A stretch of 64,000 nt of DNA from Microcoleus sp. (GTDB taxonomy: Bacteria; Cyanobacteriota; Cyanobacteriia; Cyanobacteriales; Microcoleaceae). Of this stretch, positions 62,109-64,000 are shown piece by piece. The stretch's first letter is position 1. Each line of letters begins with the position of its first letter. The stretch spans positions 896,001-960,000 of the forward strand of contig JAYFMW010000006.1 in the NCBI GenBank assembly GCA_042408215.1, given 5' to 3'. The position numbers and the translations under genes are program-made. A model generated the notes under the pieces. It saw only the letters and a list, made by a program, of their open reading frames with translations. It did not search any database and was not told the DNA's origin.

Positions 62109-63462
62109 TTGACACTCCTCGGCTATCAGGCACGAGGATTCTTGGTTCAGTCAGTCGGCTTGCCCGTTGATGTCACCACCAACGAGTAGAGGTCGGTCTG
62201 TCCCCAAGCGTTAATTTCGGTGTGCCCCACCGTATTTAAACAGATTTTTGTTGGTTTTAATCCTTTTGCCAGAATATTCAGAGCTGCATTGTGATCGCGA
62301 TCTAATACCGTGCCACAACTGCAAACATGAGTTCTAGTTGATAGCGTTTTCTTAACACTATTGCCACAGCTTGAACAATCTTGAGAAGTGTACTGAGGAG
62401 CAACAGCAATTACCGTTTTACCGTACACTTTTCCAAAGTATTGCAACCATTGAGCAAACTGCGACCAAGCTGCATCACTAATTGATTTAGCAAGCTTATG
62501 GTTTTTCACCATATTTTTCACCTGAAGGTCTTCGTAGGCTATGAAATCGCTAGATTTCACTACGCACAACGCCGTCTTGATGGCGAAGTCTTTGCGCTGC
62601 CTACTGACTTTTAGGTGTTTCCTTCCTAACTTATTGATGGCTTTTTTGCGATTACTGGAACCTTTCTTTTTCCGAGAAACTCGTTTCTGTAACCGCTTTA
62701 AAGCTTTTTCACTTTTACGGAGGTGTCGAGGATTAGAAACTGTTTCTCCGGTACTATCGGTGTAGAAATGGTTTAAACCTACATCTATTCCAATAGCTTT
62801 ACCCGTAGAAATAGATTCCTCTATCCGTTCTACGTTGATACACAACTGAGCGTAGTAACCATCGGCACGACGAATTACTCTGACTCGTTTAATTTCATCA
62901 GGTGCATAGAAGTGCAAATCTCTACTACCCAGCAACCTAAAATTTCCAGCAGCAAAACCATCCGTGAAAGTGAGACATCTTTTATCAGAAGAAAGCTTCC
63001 AACCTGAAGTCTTATATTCTACGGAACGAGTCTGCTTTTTGAATTGTGGGTATCCTTTTTTTCCTGGTTTCTTAGCTTTGCAATTAGCAAAAAAACGCTG
63101 GATAGCGAAAATGGCACGTTCCGCCGAAGCTTGACGTGCCGTTGAGTTAAGTTTACCTGCCCATTCAAACTCTTTGGCCATGATGGCGCATTGTTTGTAT
63201 AGATCGACCAACTTAACTCCTTGATTATCAATCCAATGTCTAAGAGTTTTATTTCGGACAAATTGAGCTGTGCGGATCATTTCGTCTATGACCCGATATT
63301 GCTGCGCTTTGCCTTTTAACTTGAACTCTAGTACAATCATGCCATTATTGTATCGTTTTTGCAGAACATTGTATTCACAAAGTGCATATATTTAAGAATT
63401 GTTTACACTTTGTAGAAATTAAAGCCGTCCTAGAAGGACGGGGCTTTAGACCCATGTTTTTG
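62109..63462 (-). mobile_element. IS200/IS605-family (IS1341-type, tnpB only) element
   Basis: Left end TTAC|CAAAAACATGGGTCTAAAGCCCCGTCC; right end GAATCCTCG..CGAGGAGTGTCAA abutting the sulP stop codon. Confidence 0.9.
62147..63340 (-). CDS. tnpB: RNA-guided endonuclease TnpB
   Basis: GIDVG, AYEDL and DRDHNAA catalytic triad, with Zn finger CSSC/CSC. Confidence 0.93.
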   Translation of the reverse strand: MIVLEFKLKGKAQQYRVIDEMIRTAQFVRNKTLRHWIDNQGVKLVDLYKQCAIMAKEFEWAGKLNSTARQASAERAIFAIQRFFANCKAKKPGKKGYPQFKKQTRSVEYKTSGWKLSSDKRCLTFTDGFAAGNFRLLGSRDLHFYAPDEIKRVRVIRRADGYYAQLCINVERIEESISTGKAIGIDVGLNHFYTDSTGETVSNPRHLRKSEKALKRLQKRVSRKKKGSSNRKKAINKLGRKHLKVSRQRKDFAIKTALCVVKSSDFIAYEDLQVKNMVKNHKLAKSISDAAWSQFAQWLQYFGKVYGKTVIAVAPQYTSQDCSSCGNSVKKTLSTRTHVCSCGTVLDRDHNAALNILAKGLKPTKICLNTVGHTEINAWGQTDLYSLVVTSTGKPTD

Positions 63463-63627
63463 GTAATATCAATTCCGGTAACACCGGAATGGTTGACTGT
63501 TGATTGTGATACCGTTTAGGGTTTTTTCGGAATGATTTAACTCTTCTAGGGCACAGAGTCCGCAGAGTTCGAGAAGAGAGAGATGAATAATTCTGATGCC
63601 AAGGAATTTGATCTAATATCGTTTCCG

Positions 63628-63743
63628 GTTGCATCGGAATGATACCGAGTGACAAGACAGTCGTGTCCCTACCCCATTAATTGTAGTTGCATCGGAATGA
63701 TACCGAGTGACAAGACAGTCGTGTCCCTACCCCATTAATTGTA
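63628..63743. repeat. 58-bp direct duplication next to a REP palindrome
   Basis: GTTGCATCGGAATGATACCGAG...CCATTAATTGTA occurs twice. Confidence 0.85.
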
Positions 63744-63794
63744 GGGACACGGCACTGCCGTGTCCTAATTAGATAATTTTTGTGTCGCTGACCG

Positions 63795-64000
63795 CTACTT
63801 AGGTTTGGGCTGTGCAGCGTTCGCTTTAGGTGGCGCAGCATTCGGTTTCGACTCAGCCTTCTGATTCCCTGTTTTACCAGTAACTTTGTTTGTCAAAACC
63901 TCCAAAGCTTTCGCGTACTGCGGATCTGCTGTCGTGCCAATTTTAGCTCGATCGCGCCTCAATTCCTCTTTTTGAGCATCAGTGAGTTCAACCTTAAAAT
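63795..64000 (-). CDS. C-terminus of a probable S41 carboxyl-terminal protease (partial)
   Basis: DFKVELTDAQKEELRRDRAKIGTTADPQYAKALEVL...KPK*, resembling cyanobacterial Ctp C-termini. Confidence 0.6.
   Translation of the reverse strand, partial: FKVELTDAQKEELRRDRAKIGTTADPQYAKALEVLTNKVTGKTGNQKAESKPNAAPPKANAAQPKPK

Noticed and set aside
53740..63340. Cas12 or nuclease-dead TldR regulators
   Set aside because: Both proteins are about 395 aa, retain the D-E-D triad, lie within IS ends and have no CRISPR array.

Overview
This is a chromosomal window from a filamentous cyanobacterium, probably Oscillatoriales/Microcoleus-like, judged from abundant HIP1 GCGATCGC, heptameric STRR tracts and REP-like palindromes. 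The left 36 kb holds mostly housekeeping genes (glcF/glcE, mtnX/mtnB, mlaE, hisG, rppA-like regulator, holB, tmk, Cu P1B-ATPase), a decayed giant surface-protein gene and several tandem repeat arrays. The right 27 kb (about 35.9-62.1 kb) is a sulfur/anaerobic-metabolism island. A type I SQR lies divergent from an hdrC1-(ferritin-like)-hdrB1-hdrA-hdrC2-hdrB2 cluster that resembles sHdr and is unexpected in an oxygenic phototroph. The island also carries an extra Rieske petC, sulfurtransferases, a second SQR, persulfide dioxygenase, YeeE/YedE, SulP and an unannotated remnant of an atypical (rogue-like) psbA. Four IS200/IS605-family elements are present: two tnpB-only elements, a 355-bp ORF-less IscB-type omegaRNA (HEARO-like) element inserted exactly at a start codon, and a 295-bp ORF-less element with its own promoter. 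All four show guide/target tetranucleotide covariation. All calls are by motif recognition only; no searches were run.
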